Shown piece after piece: positions 1 to 8,738 of a DNA stretch of 64,000 bases (position 1 is its first letter; every line of letters starts with the position of its first letter). Both the position numbers and the translations under genes were made by a program. The notes under the pieces are model-generated. The model was given only the letters and a program-made list of their open reading frames with translations. It ran no database searches and was not told where the DNA came from. Where the stretch lies: the IMG/VR virus record IMGVR_UViG_3300045988_095676, positions 26,969 to 90,968 of that record. The stretch is one strand, 5' to 3'. Source of the stretch: a virus.

Positions 1-428
1 AAGTTACAGGATTTGATGGCAAGAAAAGCCTCGATTATTCAGCTCAAAACAACTTTACTTATCAGAAGATTACTGAATATTCAAACAGGTTCAATGCTTC
101 TATTAAAGACATCAGAGCCGGTATAATGGCTAAATTAGGTTTAGGAGGAAATACTCAGCAAGAGCCGGTAGCTCCTCAGACTTATACCCAGCAGCCGGCC
201 GCGCCTCAACAGGTTCAACAACCCAAGTCTGTTCCGAGTGCTATTCCGTATCAGAATTACCAACAGCCTGCTCAACAGCCTGCTCAGTATCAGGCCCCGG
301 CTCAGCCGGCTGCACCTGCCCCGGCACCTACTACAAGGAGCACCAAGCCTCAGCATCAGACGCAGCCACAGCCGCAAGCACAGATGCCGAACTTCCCTCC
401 TATGGAAGAAGATGACCTTCCATTTTAA
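1..428 (+). CDS. ssb: single-stranded DNA-binding protein, C-terminal part (ORF open to the window edge)
   Basis: Reading frame open from nt 3 with no stop. Q/P-rich flexible linker followed by an acidic tip ...MEEDDLPF, matching the SSB DDDIPF-type C-terminal tail. The OB fold would lie upstream of the window. Confidence 0.7.
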   Translation, partial: VTGFDGKKSLDYSAQNNFTYQKITEYSNRFNASIKDIRAGIMAKLGLGGNTQQEPVAPQTYTQQPAAPQQVQQPKSVPSAIPYQNYQQPAQQPAQYQAPAQPAAPAPAPTTRSTKPQHQTQPQPQAQMPNFPPMEEDDLPF

Positions 429-474
429 TATAAACATCAGCCCAGGAGAATAACATCTCTTGGGCTTTTAAAGA

Positions 475-732
475 TTGTGTAGAATGATGGTAGAAATAGT
501 TACAAGATTTCCCCTTATTAAACTTCGTAGGAAAGTGACAGAAGAAAGGATTATGGCGAAGCATGGGGATAAATTATGTATGATCTACTCAGAAACCAGA
601 GAAAAATATAAGCAAGGAGATGAGTGGGTCGATGATCCTAATGATGCAGACATAAGTACTTTTCGTGAGTGTTATGAATCAACGAAGGATATAAAAAAAG
701 AAGGTATTGTTTATTGTACTATAAAAATATAA
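475..732 (+). CDS. hypothetical protein (85 aa)
   Basis: ORF track; same strand as neighbours, ends 3 nt before the dUTPase start. Confidence 0.4.
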   Translation: MCRMMVEIVTRFPLIKLRRKVTEERIMAKHGDKLCMIYSETREKYKQGDEWVDDPNDADISTFRECYESTKDIKKEGIVYCTIKI

Positions 733-734
733 TT

Positions 735-1385
735 ATGGACAAGTTAGAAGATATTGAAAGACTTCTTTCTGAAAAAGAAGATAGCAAGAAGGATACTGTT
801 TCTGAAAAGAACAACAAACATAAAAAAGAAGATAAGGTTGTTAATAAAATACCTGAATCGTATTTGACTCCAGGTTATCAGAAGACTGTGCAGGTAGGTA
901 TTAAGAAGCTGTATCCCGATGTCGTGATACCTGAATACAAGCATGATGGTGATGCATGTTGTGATATTCGTGCATATAGAGTGGTGAAGATGGTGAATGA
1001 CATGGGAGTGGAAATAGATGTTCCTTCCGATTTTGAATCAATCACCTTATATCAAGGTTATTCTGTTAGAATCGGAACAGGATTCAAATTGAATATCCCA
1101 GAAGGATGGTGCGTGAATGTAGAAGGAAGATCAGGATTCTCTTTTGACGAGGGAGTGGTAGTTACTAACGCGCCCGGTAAATGCGAATTTACCTACAAAG
1201 GAGAGTATATGGTTAATCTTACTAAAATCAATAAAAAACCGACCGTAATCCATAAAAACGATCGAATAGCTCAGATGGAAATCGTTCCACAATACAAAAT
1301 GGTATTGGAAGAGGTGACAGATATTGAGGTAGAAGACGGAAATGAACGTGGAGAAAAAGGTCTTGGTAGTTCTGGAGTTAAGTAA
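735..1385 (+). CDS. dut: dUTP diphosphatase (dUTPase) with a K/E-rich N-terminal extension
   Basis: dUTPase motifs seen: RSGFSF (motif III RSG), GKCEFTYKGEYMVNL (GxIDxDYRG-like), DRIAQMEI, and C-terminal ERGEKGLGSSGV (RGxxGFGSTG-like). Start placed at the internal Met at 735 after the upstream stop; 714 is an alternative. Confidence 0.75.
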   Translation: MDKLEDIERLLSEKEDSKKDTVSEKNNKHKKEDKVVNKIPESYLTPGYQKTVQVGIKKLYPDVVIPEYKHDGDACCDIRAYRVVKMVNDMGVEIDVPSDFESITLYQGYSVRIGTGFKLNIPEGWCVNVEGRSGFSFDEGVVVTNAPGKCEFTYKGEYMVNLTKINKKPTVIHKNDRIAQMEIVPQYKMVLEEVTDIEVEDGNERGEKGLGSSGVK

Positions 1386-1397
1386 TGTTTAAATATT

Positions 1398-2138
1398 TTG
1401 AAAATGAGCATGTTAGGTTTTACATTCATCACAGACAGCAAGCTGTCAATGTACAGGGAGAAAGCTATTAAATCCGAAAATCTTGCAAAAGAAATTGAGG
1501 AAATGCAGGATAAGGCTGATTTTTACAAGGAAAGGCTTTCCGAACTTAAGTCAGATATCGCTTCAAAGGATAAAGAGATTTTATCTATTGGCAAAGATCT
1601 TTCTGAGTCTAAGGAAAAGATTGACGCCTTGAAGGAAAATCAGAAAAAGCTGATAAAAAGCGTCAAGAAGAAAACGGAAGAACTTGATGCGGCCAAGGCT
1701 GATCTTGACAAAGCTAAGTCTGATCTTGATGAGGCTAATTACAAAATCAGTAACTTGGAAGAAAAGAAAAACAGTATATCATTTGAATTAAAAAAGAAAT
1801 CAAATGCATTGATTGAAGCCAGGATCAGAATCGGAGATTTGGAAAACGAGGTTTCGGTTGGGTCCAAAACAATACAAGAGTTAGAATCGAAGCTGAAATT
1901 AATGCAAGTAGAATTAAGAGGCTACCAGATAGGTATAATCGGTAAAGACAAAAACGATTCCGCTGAGCCGGAATTGGATAAAGATGAGGAGTCAGATAAG
2001 GATGTGGCTGAGTCGGAGAAGTCTGATGTTGTTCCTGAGATGGATGTGATTCAGGAAGAAGCCGGTGATATTGTGGAGCCCGAAAACGAAGCTGAACGAG
2101 TAAAAGACACTAAAAAGAAGAAGAAAAAAAAGAAGTAG
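1398..2138 (+). CDS. coiled-coil protein with poly-lysine C-terminus
   Basis: 246-aa ORF, K/E/L-rich heptad-like text, ends ...KKKKKKKK. Confidence 0.5.
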   Translation: MKMSMLGFTFITDSKLSMYREKAIKSENLAKEIEEMQDKADFYKERLSELKSDIASKDKEILSIGKDLSESKEKIDALKENQKKLIKSVKKKTEELDAAKADLDKAKSDLDEANYKISNLEEKKNSISFELKKKSNALIEARIRIGDLENEVSVGSKTIQELESKLKLMQVELRGYQIGIIGKDKNDSAEPELDKDEESDKDVAESEKSDVVPEMDVIQEEAGDIVEPENEAERVKDTKKKKKKKK

Positions 2139-2282
2139 GTATTTTAATCCTTTTTATATTTTAATGTTTGCCATATTATGGGTTAGTACTTAACTTTGCG
2201 TTGAGAGAGTTTTTAGGATAATTATTGGTTAATATTTAGCTGTTATATGCAGGCGTCTGTTAAGGCTCCTGCATATTTTTAA

Positions 2283-2355
2283 GGTCCTGTAGCTTAGTGG
2301 TGAAAGCAGGCGGCTCATAACCGCAAGATCGTGGGTTCAAATCCCTCTGGGACCA
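2283..2355 (+). tRNA. tRNA-Met/Ile2 (anticodon CAT), no encoded CCA
   Basis: Manual fold: acceptor GGTCCTG/TGGGACC, D-arm GCTT..AAGC, anticodon stem GGCGG/CCGCA with loop CTCATAA, T-loop TTCAAAT. 1:72 is paired, so not a bacterial initiator. Confidence 0.7.
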
Positions 2356-2356
2356 C

Positions 2357-2427
2357 TGTCCAATGGTGTAGTGGTAGCACAACAGATTTTGGTTCTGTTA
2401 GCGGAGGTTCGAATCCTCCTTGGATAA
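2357..2427 (+). tRNA. tRNA-Gln (anticodon TTG), no encoded CCA
   Basis: Acceptor TGTCCAA/TTGGATA, anticodon stem ACAGA/TCTGT with loop TTTTGGT, T-arm GGAGG-TTCGAAT-CCTCC. Confidence 0.65.
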
Positions 2428-2497
2428 CGGTACATATTTTGTGTAAAGTGTTAATTATCTCGGTGTTTGCGGTGTGTGAACATAGCAAACATTAAAT

Positions 2498-2569
2498 AGC
2501 CTGGTAGTTAAACGGATATAACAAAAGTTTCCTAAACTTTAGTTCCGGGTTCGACTCCCGGTTGGGCTA
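2498..2569 (+). tRNA. tRNA-Arg (anticodon CCT), no encoded CCA
   Basis: 72-nt cloverleaf: D-stem GTTA/TAAC, anticodon stem AAAGT/ACTTT with loop TTCCTAA, T-arm CCGGG-TTCGACT-CCCGG. Acceptor stem has three G-U wobbles. Confidence 0.55.
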
Positions 2570-2572
2570 CAT

Positions 2573-2644
2573 GGCTTGTTGGATGAGTGGTTTAGTCAGG
2601 GATCTGCAAAATCTCGTAGGGCGGTTCGATTCCGCCACAAGCCT
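2573..2644 (+). tRNA. tRNA-Cys (anticodon GCA), no encoded CCA
   Basis: Perfect 7-bp acceptor GGCTTGT/ACAAGCC, anticodon stem GGGAT/ATCTC with loop CTGCAAA, T-arm GGCGG-TTCGATT-CCGCC. Confidence 0.65.
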
Positions 2645-2660
2645 CTAAAAAAGTAAGACA

Positions 2661-3353
2661 ATGAACTACCCAGAGCAACAAATGCTTAAGATCCTTAATA
2701 GGGATCTGCTAAGTAATCCGATGTATGTTATTAACAATCTCCATATATATGATTGGGAATCTGACTTCTTGGCCATAACAAGATCATTGTACGCTTATGA
2801 AGTAGAGGTCAAGATGTCTAAACAAGATTTCTTTAACGACTTCAAAAAGGATAAAAAACATAAGGTTCTTAAAGACGGCATTATTAAAGTAGGTGGTGTC
2901 ATAAGCTATCCTCCAAACTATTTCTACTACGCCTGTCCGCCTAATATGATTGACGTAAATGAAGTTCCGTCTTATGCCGGGCTGATTTATGTCGATGTTA
3001 GTAAAAATAGGAAGAACGTCGTTAAGGTCGCACCTTTAATTCATAGACAGAAGTTTGATGTAGTGGGTAGGAAACTGGTGGATAAGTTTTACTACAATAT
3101 GCTTACTTGGAAGAAAAGAGCTATTTCAAACGTGTATGCTGACCCAGCCAAGGAAAGAGAGAAAGGCGTGCGTGCCGGGGCTGAGGCTGTGAGGAAGTCG
3201 GCCTGGGATGCGTTCAGGGCGCAGTGCCCGCACATTGCTTTCCCCTATGGAAAAGAATTTCCGATGTGTGACGATCACGAACAAGATCATCCCATGAGAG
3301 ACTGCATACTTCAGTGTGAAAAAGGTGGAATATTTAAAAACAGATTGAAATGA
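2661..3353 (+). CDS. hypothetical protein, possible PD-(D/E)xK nuclease fold
   Basis: 230-aa ORF. The segment DWESDFLAITRSLYAYEVEVK gives a D..x(12)..E-V-K spacing typical of PD-(D/E)xK (MmcB-like) nucleases. Inference only. Confidence 0.35.
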   Translation: MNYPEQQMLKILNRDLLSNPMYVINNLHIYDWESDFLAITRSLYAYEVEVKMSKQDFFNDFKKDKKHKVLKDGIIKVGGVISYPPNYFYYACPPNMIDVNEVPSYAGLIYVDVSKNRKNVVKVAPLIHRQKFDVVGRKLVDKFYYNMLTWKKRAISNVYADPAKEREKGVRAGAEAVRKSAWDAFRAQCPHIAFPYGKEFPMCDDHEQDHPMRDCILQCEKGGIFKNRLK

Positions 3354-3619
3354 GCACCCCACGTGAATTAAGTAGAATAGCTAATAGGATAGCCGGTAAG
3401 ATGACTGATGATGGATGGGTTAGCCCCGGTAGAAAGAATCTCGTTTCCGATAAGAAGGTTATGGAGTTAATAGATTCGATTTTTAATGAAATTTGGAGAG
3501 AATTAGATGACGGGAAAAGAGTCCATATCAGGAAACAGATGATTTTCAAAAAGATTTTTGTCAGTAGGCAAAAAGATAAATACTATATACAATGCATAGA
3601 AAAAAGGGACGCCAAATAG
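3350..3619 (+). CDS. hypothetical protein (89 aa)
   Basis: ORF track; ATGA overlap with the upstream gene; followed by a terminator. Confidence 0.45.
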   Translation: MSTPRELSRIANRIAGKMTDDGWVSPGRKNLVSDKKVMELIDSIFNEIWRELDDGKRVHIRKQMIFKKIFVSRQKDKYYIQCIEKRDAK

Positions 3620-3637
3620 ACGTCCCTTTTTGTTTTT
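3605..3637. terminator. rho-independent terminator, bidirectional hairpin between convergent genes
   Basis: GGGACG-ccaaatag-CGTCCC stem-loop followed by TTTTTGTTTTTT and preceded by an A-run. Confidence 0.7.
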
Positions 3638-3666
3638 TATAAGCAATACAGACGTGAATAATCACA

Positions 3667-4323
3667 TCACTTCATTACTGTCCTTACCAACTTAGAAACA
3701 GCTTGTGTGATAGTCCACCTGATGTTAGCATTAACATTGATAGTCTGAGGAGTACCGTTTGCATCCAAGTTGATTACCTCCTTGTCTATTTCCAAGAACG
3801 GATCACCTGCTGTCTGGGTAATAACCGTATTAGCTGTCTGACCACCGGCGGCCGTCACCTTAAGAGTATTTACCAGATCATTTACATCAGCGTTTTCTGG
3901 AATACCGGAGAATACGATACTGAAAGCAAATCCCCCTGTTGCACCAGGGTCGTCGGCAATAACAGCACCGTTATTGGTAGCCTTGCCTGCTGCCTGATAG
4001 GAGGCTGGTATTTCCAGCGTCAGAGGATGAGACTCGTCTGGAGTTAAGGAGAACGTTAATTTAGTTGAGTTACTTGTGCCGTTGATTGTTACAGTACCAC
4101 CTTCTTTCCCTACAGATGCAGTAGGATCTATTTTTACGAACTCAGCTACCGGAGCTTGGTTTATGGTAGCACTTTTCTTAACATCCCCGGATTCGGCACC
4201 AAATTCTACTTGTAACGTACGCTGTACACGACCTTCGTATTTTTCACCTGATACGGTAACTGCCTGATCACCGTCACCTGATCCCGGATTGAAGGTTACA
4301 AAACCTATTTTCATTTCTGCCAT
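3667..4323 (-). CDS. hypothetical T/N/G-rich beta-type protein, possibly Ig-like virion or surface protein
   Basis: 218-aa minus-strand ORF isolated in a plus-strand block, with its own terminator and an AT-rich upstream region. Composition typical of Ig-like decoration or fibre proteins. Confidence 0.4.
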   Translation of the reverse strand: MAEMKIGFVTFNPGSGDGDQAVTVSGEKYEGRVQRTLQVEFGAESGDVKKSATINQAPVAEFVKIDPTASVGKEGGTVTINGTSNSTKLTFSLTPDESHPLTLEIPASYQAAGKATNNGAVIADDPGATGGFAFSIVFSGIPENADVNDLVNTLKVTAAGGQTANTVITQTAGDPFLEIDKEVINLDANGTPQTINVNANIRWTITQAVSKLVRTVMK

Positions 4324-4567
4324 GATATAAATGATTTTTTTAGTTAATTAATATCTTGACAAATATAGTTTTATTATACGGAAATCCTATTATTGATCTT
4401 CATAAATTAAAACTATCTTTATCCCAAAATAAGACAATTATGAGAAGAAGATTTTTTAACAAAATAGGGGGGGGTATTTACCTACTGATAATTTTATAGT
4501 TTTTGATAAATCTGTATCAGATCCGGCTAATATAACAATAAGCGAAGACAGTGATTTTTTAAATAGG

Positions 4568-5554
4568 TTGATTACAAGTGGCTTTTATAGAGTTCTTTGC
4601 AAGAGCGCTATGGGAGGAGGAGAGGTTTTTGTATGTAGGTTGAAGGAAGACAACAGCAATTTGTATCTTGATGGTAGTCAGGCTAATCTTACCGGACCAG
4701 AAGGTGATGTGATGGTCGTTTTCTTAGAATTTTGGTATAAATGGTATAAGGTGGATGATAATAGATTTCTTTATCATTTTGCTGATCATGATATTGACGG
4801 CACTTACATCCATGTCCCGGAATCTCTTGTTGGAGCATATAAAGGATATGTATCTTTGAATGGATTATATAGCTGGAGTGGTGTTAGTCCTACAACTTCA
4901 AAATCATTCAACGATTTTGAAGGTTATGCGAAAGCGCGTGGTACCGGGTTTCAGATGATAGATTTTCAACAACATTGCGTGATTGCTATGATGTTGTATG
5001 CTAAGTACAAAACACGTAATATTCAATCTGTATTAGGATTAGGTGGCGCAAATAATAATCCGGCTACAACAACGGGAAGCAGCAACGCAACCGGCGGTGC
5101 GGATACCAAAAACGAAAGTTCAAAGTACGTTTGCGGCTTAGGTTTGGAAGGGGTTTTTGGTGGTATCTATGAATGGGTTGAAGGTGTAGAAATCAACAAC
5201 CGAGTTTGGAAAATCACCGACCCAGACGGATCGACTCGCAATGTGAACGCCGGAACTTCCAATGGCTGGATAACGAATATCGCAGCGGAAAACGGTCCGT
5301 TTTTCGATGTGGTGCCGACAAATGTTGGCGGTAACGATTCCATGCATTATTCAGATTACTATAGTCAGACATCGAGCAACTCCATTGTTTTGGCGCGCTC
5401 CTATAGCGGCTCGGATACGAGTAGTGGCGTGGCGTATGCGTATGCGTCTCGCAACGCGTTGAGCGCGAGTTCGTACTTCGGTTCGCGTCTTGCTTTCCGT
5501 GGAATCATATCCGAGGTGGCTCCAGAGCAGTTCAAAAAATTACCTGTATTATAA
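4568..5554 (+). CDS. putative receptor-binding / tail-fibre-like protein
   Basis: 328 aa. The G/S/T/N-rich C-terminal half ends ...ASRNALSASSYFGSRLAFRG, reminiscent of the Fibrobacter-succinogenes-major-paralogous (FISUMP) domain. The C-terminal 200 nt are markedly GC-rich. Confidence 0.3.
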   Translation: MITSGFYRVLCKSAMGGGEVFVCRLKEDNSNLYLDGSQANLTGPEGDVMVVFLEFWYKWYKVDDNRFLYHFADHDIDGTYIHVPESLVGAYKGYVSLNGLYSWSGVSPTTSKSFNDFEGYAKARGTGFQMIDFQQHCVIAMMLYAKYKTRNIQSVLGLGGANNNPATTTGSSNATGGADTKNESSKYVCGLGLEGVFGGIYEWVEGVEINNRVWKITDPDGSTRNVNAGTSNGWITNIAAENGPFFDVVPTNVGGNDSMHYSDYYSQTSSNSIVLARSYSGSDTSSGVAYAYASRNALSASSYFGSRLAFRGIISEVAPEQFKKLPVL

Positions 5555-5633
5555 TATCATATTTTAATTGTTTTTAAATTGTATTGTTTATATTATTGCG
5601 TATATTTGCGATACAATTTAAAAACATTATATC

Positions 5634-6056
5634 ATGAAGATAAACTTTTTAAGCAGTAAAACCTATGTAGGTTCTAAGACAAAAGAAGCTAAAATCAGAA
5701 AGCTTTCTATTAGCAAAGATCGGATTATGACCATATCGGTGGACAATCTGAAATGGATGGGTATCGAAGATGCGGTTATTATTGGTATGGAAGAAGGAGC
5801 TGAGTTTAAAGGGGTGTTGGATTCTAATTTGTATATAGCTCCTTCTAAGGTAGAAGACGAGAGATCGTTTTTATTAAATAAACAAGGTGAGAAATATAGA
5901 CGTATTTACCTCCGTGATGTACTGTCTTCGTTAGGTTGGGATATCGGTGATAATCAGTATGCGGTTTATGATATTGTGAAGGTTAAGGACGAAGATGGTG
6001 TGTTCTGCCTGGTTCCGAGAGAGATTAAGAAAAGTAAGTTTGAGAAAGGAGAATGA
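5634..6056 (+). CDS. hypothetical protein (140 aa)
   Basis: ORF track; its stop abuts the start of the next gene. Confidence 0.45.
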   Translation: MKINFLSSKTYVGSKTKEAKIRKLSISKDRIMTISVDNLKWMGIEDAVIIGMEEGAEFKGVLDSNLYIAPSKVEDERSFLLNKQGEKYRRIYLRDVLSSLGWDIGDNQYAVYDIVKVKDEDGVFCLVPREIKKSKFEKGE

Positions 6057-6057
6057 T

Positions 6058-6936
6058 ATGGTACAAGATATTGATATAAAATCCAAACGAATATTATTGT
6101 TTGATTTTGATGGAACGCTTATAGAAACCGCTTCTGGGAATACGTTCGCTACAGACTTGACAGATATGAGGATTAAGATGGATGTGGTGAATAAGGCTCT
6201 TGACCTCATGCAGGAGAACGGTGTTAAGGTATTTGCTATCGTAAGCAATCAAGGAGGAGTAGAAGCTGGGTTTGTTTCTGGAGCTGATATTGAAGCTAAG
6301 ATAGAATACGTACTGAGGTCCGTACATGATCTGGCGGTAAAGAGAGGTATAAGAGGCGTCCTATATGAAAAAAGGTTGTGTTATTCAAATGACGAACAAA
6401 ATCCGATGAGGAAGCCTAATACGGGCATGATTGATGATATTCTTATGAAGTGTAAAGACACGGTAATGCGCGGTATGAACTTCAGTCAACTTAAGGGATG
6501 TTCGTTGATGGTCGGGGACGCCAGTGGTCTGCCAGGGCAGTTCTCTGATTCGGATAAGGTATGTGCCTATAATTCCGGTATTAACTATATGGATATTACT
6601 ACATTTTTGGATAAAGATCTTGATTTAGAATATGTATTGTCCAAAGAACATACAAGTGAAGGAATAGTTATTCTAAACAACGATCATATATATATCCTTG
6701 AAAATCCATATGGGGTTGGTCTTAATATAAAAATCACTTTAAAAGATTTTTATAAGATTGAAACCGATGATGGAAAAACTGCAACCGTAGATGATGTGCT
6801 GAATATAAGGATTGATAAAGATCAGAATTTTAATTCATATAGTGATGTTATAAAAATAGAAACATTAAAAGACGGTAGTATCAAATATACAAGCTTATAT
6901 CATGAAAGTAAAGAAAACAGCGATAGTTTATCATAA
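6058..6936 (+). CDS. HAD-superfamily (subfamily IIIA) phosphatase, polynucleotide 3'-phosphatase / GmhB-like
   Basis: Motif I LLFDFDGTLIET (DxDGT), motif II IVSNQGG, motif III RKPNTGM, motif IV MVGDASG..SDSD. Start moved to the ATG at 6058 immediately after the upstream stop. Confidence 0.7.
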   Translation: MVQDIDIKSKRILLFDFDGTLIETASGNTFATDLTDMRIKMDVVNKALDLMQENGVKVFAIVSNQGGVEAGFVSGADIEAKIEYVLRSVHDLAVKRGIRGVLYEKRLCYSNDEQNPMRKPNTGMIDDILMKCKDTVMRGMNFSQLKGCSLMVGDASGLPGQFSDSDKVCAYNSGINYMDITTFLDKDLDLEYVLSKEHTSEGIVILNNDHIYILENPYGVGLNIKITLKDFYKIETDDGKTATVDDVLNIRIDKDQNFNSYSDVIKIETLKDGSIKYTSLYHESKENSDSLS

Positions 6937-7858
6937 ATCGGATTTAGATGGCGTTGTATCGGCAGCCATCGCAACCATGTACGAAAACAGTAAAAACAAG
7001 GATGTTGTTTATATCCCGTATTCGTATGAAGATGATGTTAAGAAAGTTGTTGACCAAGTACGTGACTTAGATGTTGTTTATGTTCTTGACGTGTCTTTTG
7101 GAGCCGATTCTAAAACTGTTTTCAAAAAGTGGCTTGATGAAGGGAAGAGCCTGATGTGGATAGATCACCACAAGGGAATTATTGAGGACAGTAAGACATG
7201 GGGGTTCGTAGTTCCAGGGTTGAGGAGGGTCGGTGTCGGTGCGTGCGCTCTGGCTTCGGACCTGCTTATGGGGAAGGTGCCGGCGATCGTCCGATGCCTG
7301 TCAGACTACGATGTGTGGAATAAAGAATCTGGCTTAGGCTGGGATACGGTAGTAGCTGTCCAGTATGCCTTGAGATCAAAAATAAGACTCAATGTATTGA
7401 TTGCATTGTCGTATTTATATGATCACTTTAAAGAAAACATGAAAGACAATGAAATTGATCTTATTTTTTATGATCTTGCTAAAGAAGGACGTGCTATAAT
7501 TAATTACATGGCTTGTAAAAACGAAGATGAGGTAAGTAGGTACTCGTTCGAAGCTTACGTCGACGAGGTTAAGGTTATGGCTATGAATACCGCTGAATTT
7601 AGCTCTAAGGTATTTGATTCTCTTACACCGGACTGGTTAGACGGTAGAAAAATTAAAGCCCTGATGCCATTTTGTATCATGCCATGTGGAAAAGTTAGGT
7701 TCTCTCTTTACGAATGCGTAGAAGACAGCGTAGATTGCTGTGAGGTAAGTAAGAGATTCGGTGGTGGAGGACATGCTGGTGCTGCTGGATTCGTTATAGA
7801 CGTATCAAGTGACCAGTTTAAGGACTTCCTTGAAAGTAAAAAACTTTTATCGAAATGA
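6902..7858 (+). CDS. DHH/DHHA1-family phosphoesterase (NrnA-like nanoRNase / pAp phosphatase type)
   Basis: HKSDLDGVVSA (DxD motif), VLDVSFG, WIDHHKG (DHH motif), C-terminal GGGGHAGAAGF (DHHA1 GGGH motif). Confidence 0.7.
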   Translation: MKVKKTAIVYHKSDLDGVVSAAIATMYENSKNKDVVYIPYSYEDDVKKVVDQVRDLDVVYVLDVSFGADSKTVFKKWLDEGKSLMWIDHHKGIIEDSKTWGFVVPGLRRVGVGACALASDLLMGKVPAIVRCLSDYDVWNKESGLGWDTVVAVQYALRSKIRLNVLIALSYLYDHFKENMKDNEIDLIFYDLAKEGRAIINYMACKNEDEVSRYSFEAYVDEVKVMAMNTAEFSSKVFDSLTPDWLDGRKIKALMPFCIMPCGKVRFSLYECVEDSVDCCEVSKRFGGGGHAGAAGFVIDVSSDQFKDFLESKKLLSK

Positions 7859-8226
7859 AGCGTGAATTATATCAGTTCTATCCGGAAGTCTATCCTTTTA
7901 ATCTGTGGATATACGTAGGAAAAGATGTATCTGGCATGGTAGAATGTTTCAATAACGATTTTAGTTACGTAGATAATAGCAAGGCTGTAACTGTATCCGT
8001 TCCATACGGAGGGTGTAAATTAAATCCTAATACGGGATTTTTGATATGGTTTCTTAATAAGAAAATAATTGATTTTGAAACAGTTTGCCATGAAGCATCC
8101 CATGTTTCTACTGAAGCTTTTAATTTCTTAGGAGAAGAAGTAAAAAACTTCAGAACCATTCTCGTATCTCAATGGATGGATAGGGAGAAAGTGCGAGGAA
8201 GTAAAGATCGGAATAGCCGAAGATAA
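7855..8226 (+). CDS. hypothetical protein (123 aa)
   Basis: ORF track; ATGA overlap with the DHH gene. Confidence 0.45.
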   Translation: MKRELYQFYPEVYPFNLWIYVGKDVSGMVECFNNDFSYVDNSKAVTVSVPYGGCKLNPNTGFLIWFLNKKIIDFETVCHEASHVSTEAFNFLGEEVKNFRTILVSQWMDREKVRGSKDRNSRR

Positions 8227-8294
8227 ACTAATATGGGAAAGTAAATAATTACCGTCGTAAAATAAGTATGGGGAACTTTGGATAGGTTCCCCAT

Positions 8295-8385
8295 ATTTTT
8301 ATGTGATGAGGGAGAGGAATGGTGAAATGTTTATGTGATGGGAGAGATATGAGAAAGAGGTTTATGTGATGGGAGAGAGGGGGTA
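8295..8385 (+). repeat. three direct iteron-like repeats TTATGTGATGGGAGAGA spaced about 30 bp apart
   Basis: ttatgtgatgagggagagg / tttatgtgatgggagagat / tttatgtgatgggagagag read directly in the sequence. Confidence 0.8.
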
Positions 8386-8540
8386 CCTATCACGAACCTC
8401 CCGCCCCCGAAACGCGTTTTCTCCCCCGCACCCCCCTTCGCTGGAAAACCGGAAACGCGTTTTACCTCAAACCCACAAACTCTCTGATTATCAATCACTT
8501 ATTTAAATTATTGATAATCAATGTGTTATTATAACATATT
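8386..8540. promoter_or_regulatory. GC-rich island with C-tracts, two AACGCGTT palindromes and an 11-bp inverted repeat TGATTATCAAT..ATTGATAATCA
   Basis: cctcccgcccccgaaacgcgttttctcccccgcaccccccttcgctggaaaaccggaaacgcgtttta, then ctgattatcaatcacttatttaaattattgataatcaat. Ori-like or pac-like architecture; function is inferred. Confidence 0.45.
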
Positions 8541-8718
8541 GATTATAAGCCACTTAAATAAGCATATATCCTACATATTAATGTACGCGTATAACACTGC
8601 TCTCGTTCGTTTTATAACTTTCTGATAATCAGATAATATAATCGAAATTAATACAAATTAACAAAAAAAAGATATCATATATATTTGTAGTATTGATAAA
8701 TGTCGTATATTTGCGTCG

Positions 8719-8738
8719 TGATCGAGAGAGATCACGAG
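8719..8738. repeat. perfect palindrome CGTGATC-gagaga-GATCACG
   Basis: Seen directly; lies in the 8.2-8.86 kb non-coding region. Confidence 0.7.

Noticed and set aside
141-453. ORFs 141-437 (-) and 238-453 (+) overlapping the SSB tail
   Set aside because: Low-complexity R/L/S-rich translations of the Q/P-rich SSB linker in other frames are artefacts of repetitive codon composition.
2428-2497. Fifth tRNA between tRNA-Gln and tRNA-Arg
   Set aside because: No T-loop, D-loop or acceptor pairing could be drawn in the 70-nt spacer.
8295-8385. Possible mini-CRISPR array (three ~17-bp direct repeats with ~13-bp spacers)
   Set aside because: Repeats are too short and too imperfect, spacers are far shorter than real CRISPR spacers, and there are no cas genes or leader. 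The pattern fits iterons or binding sites better.
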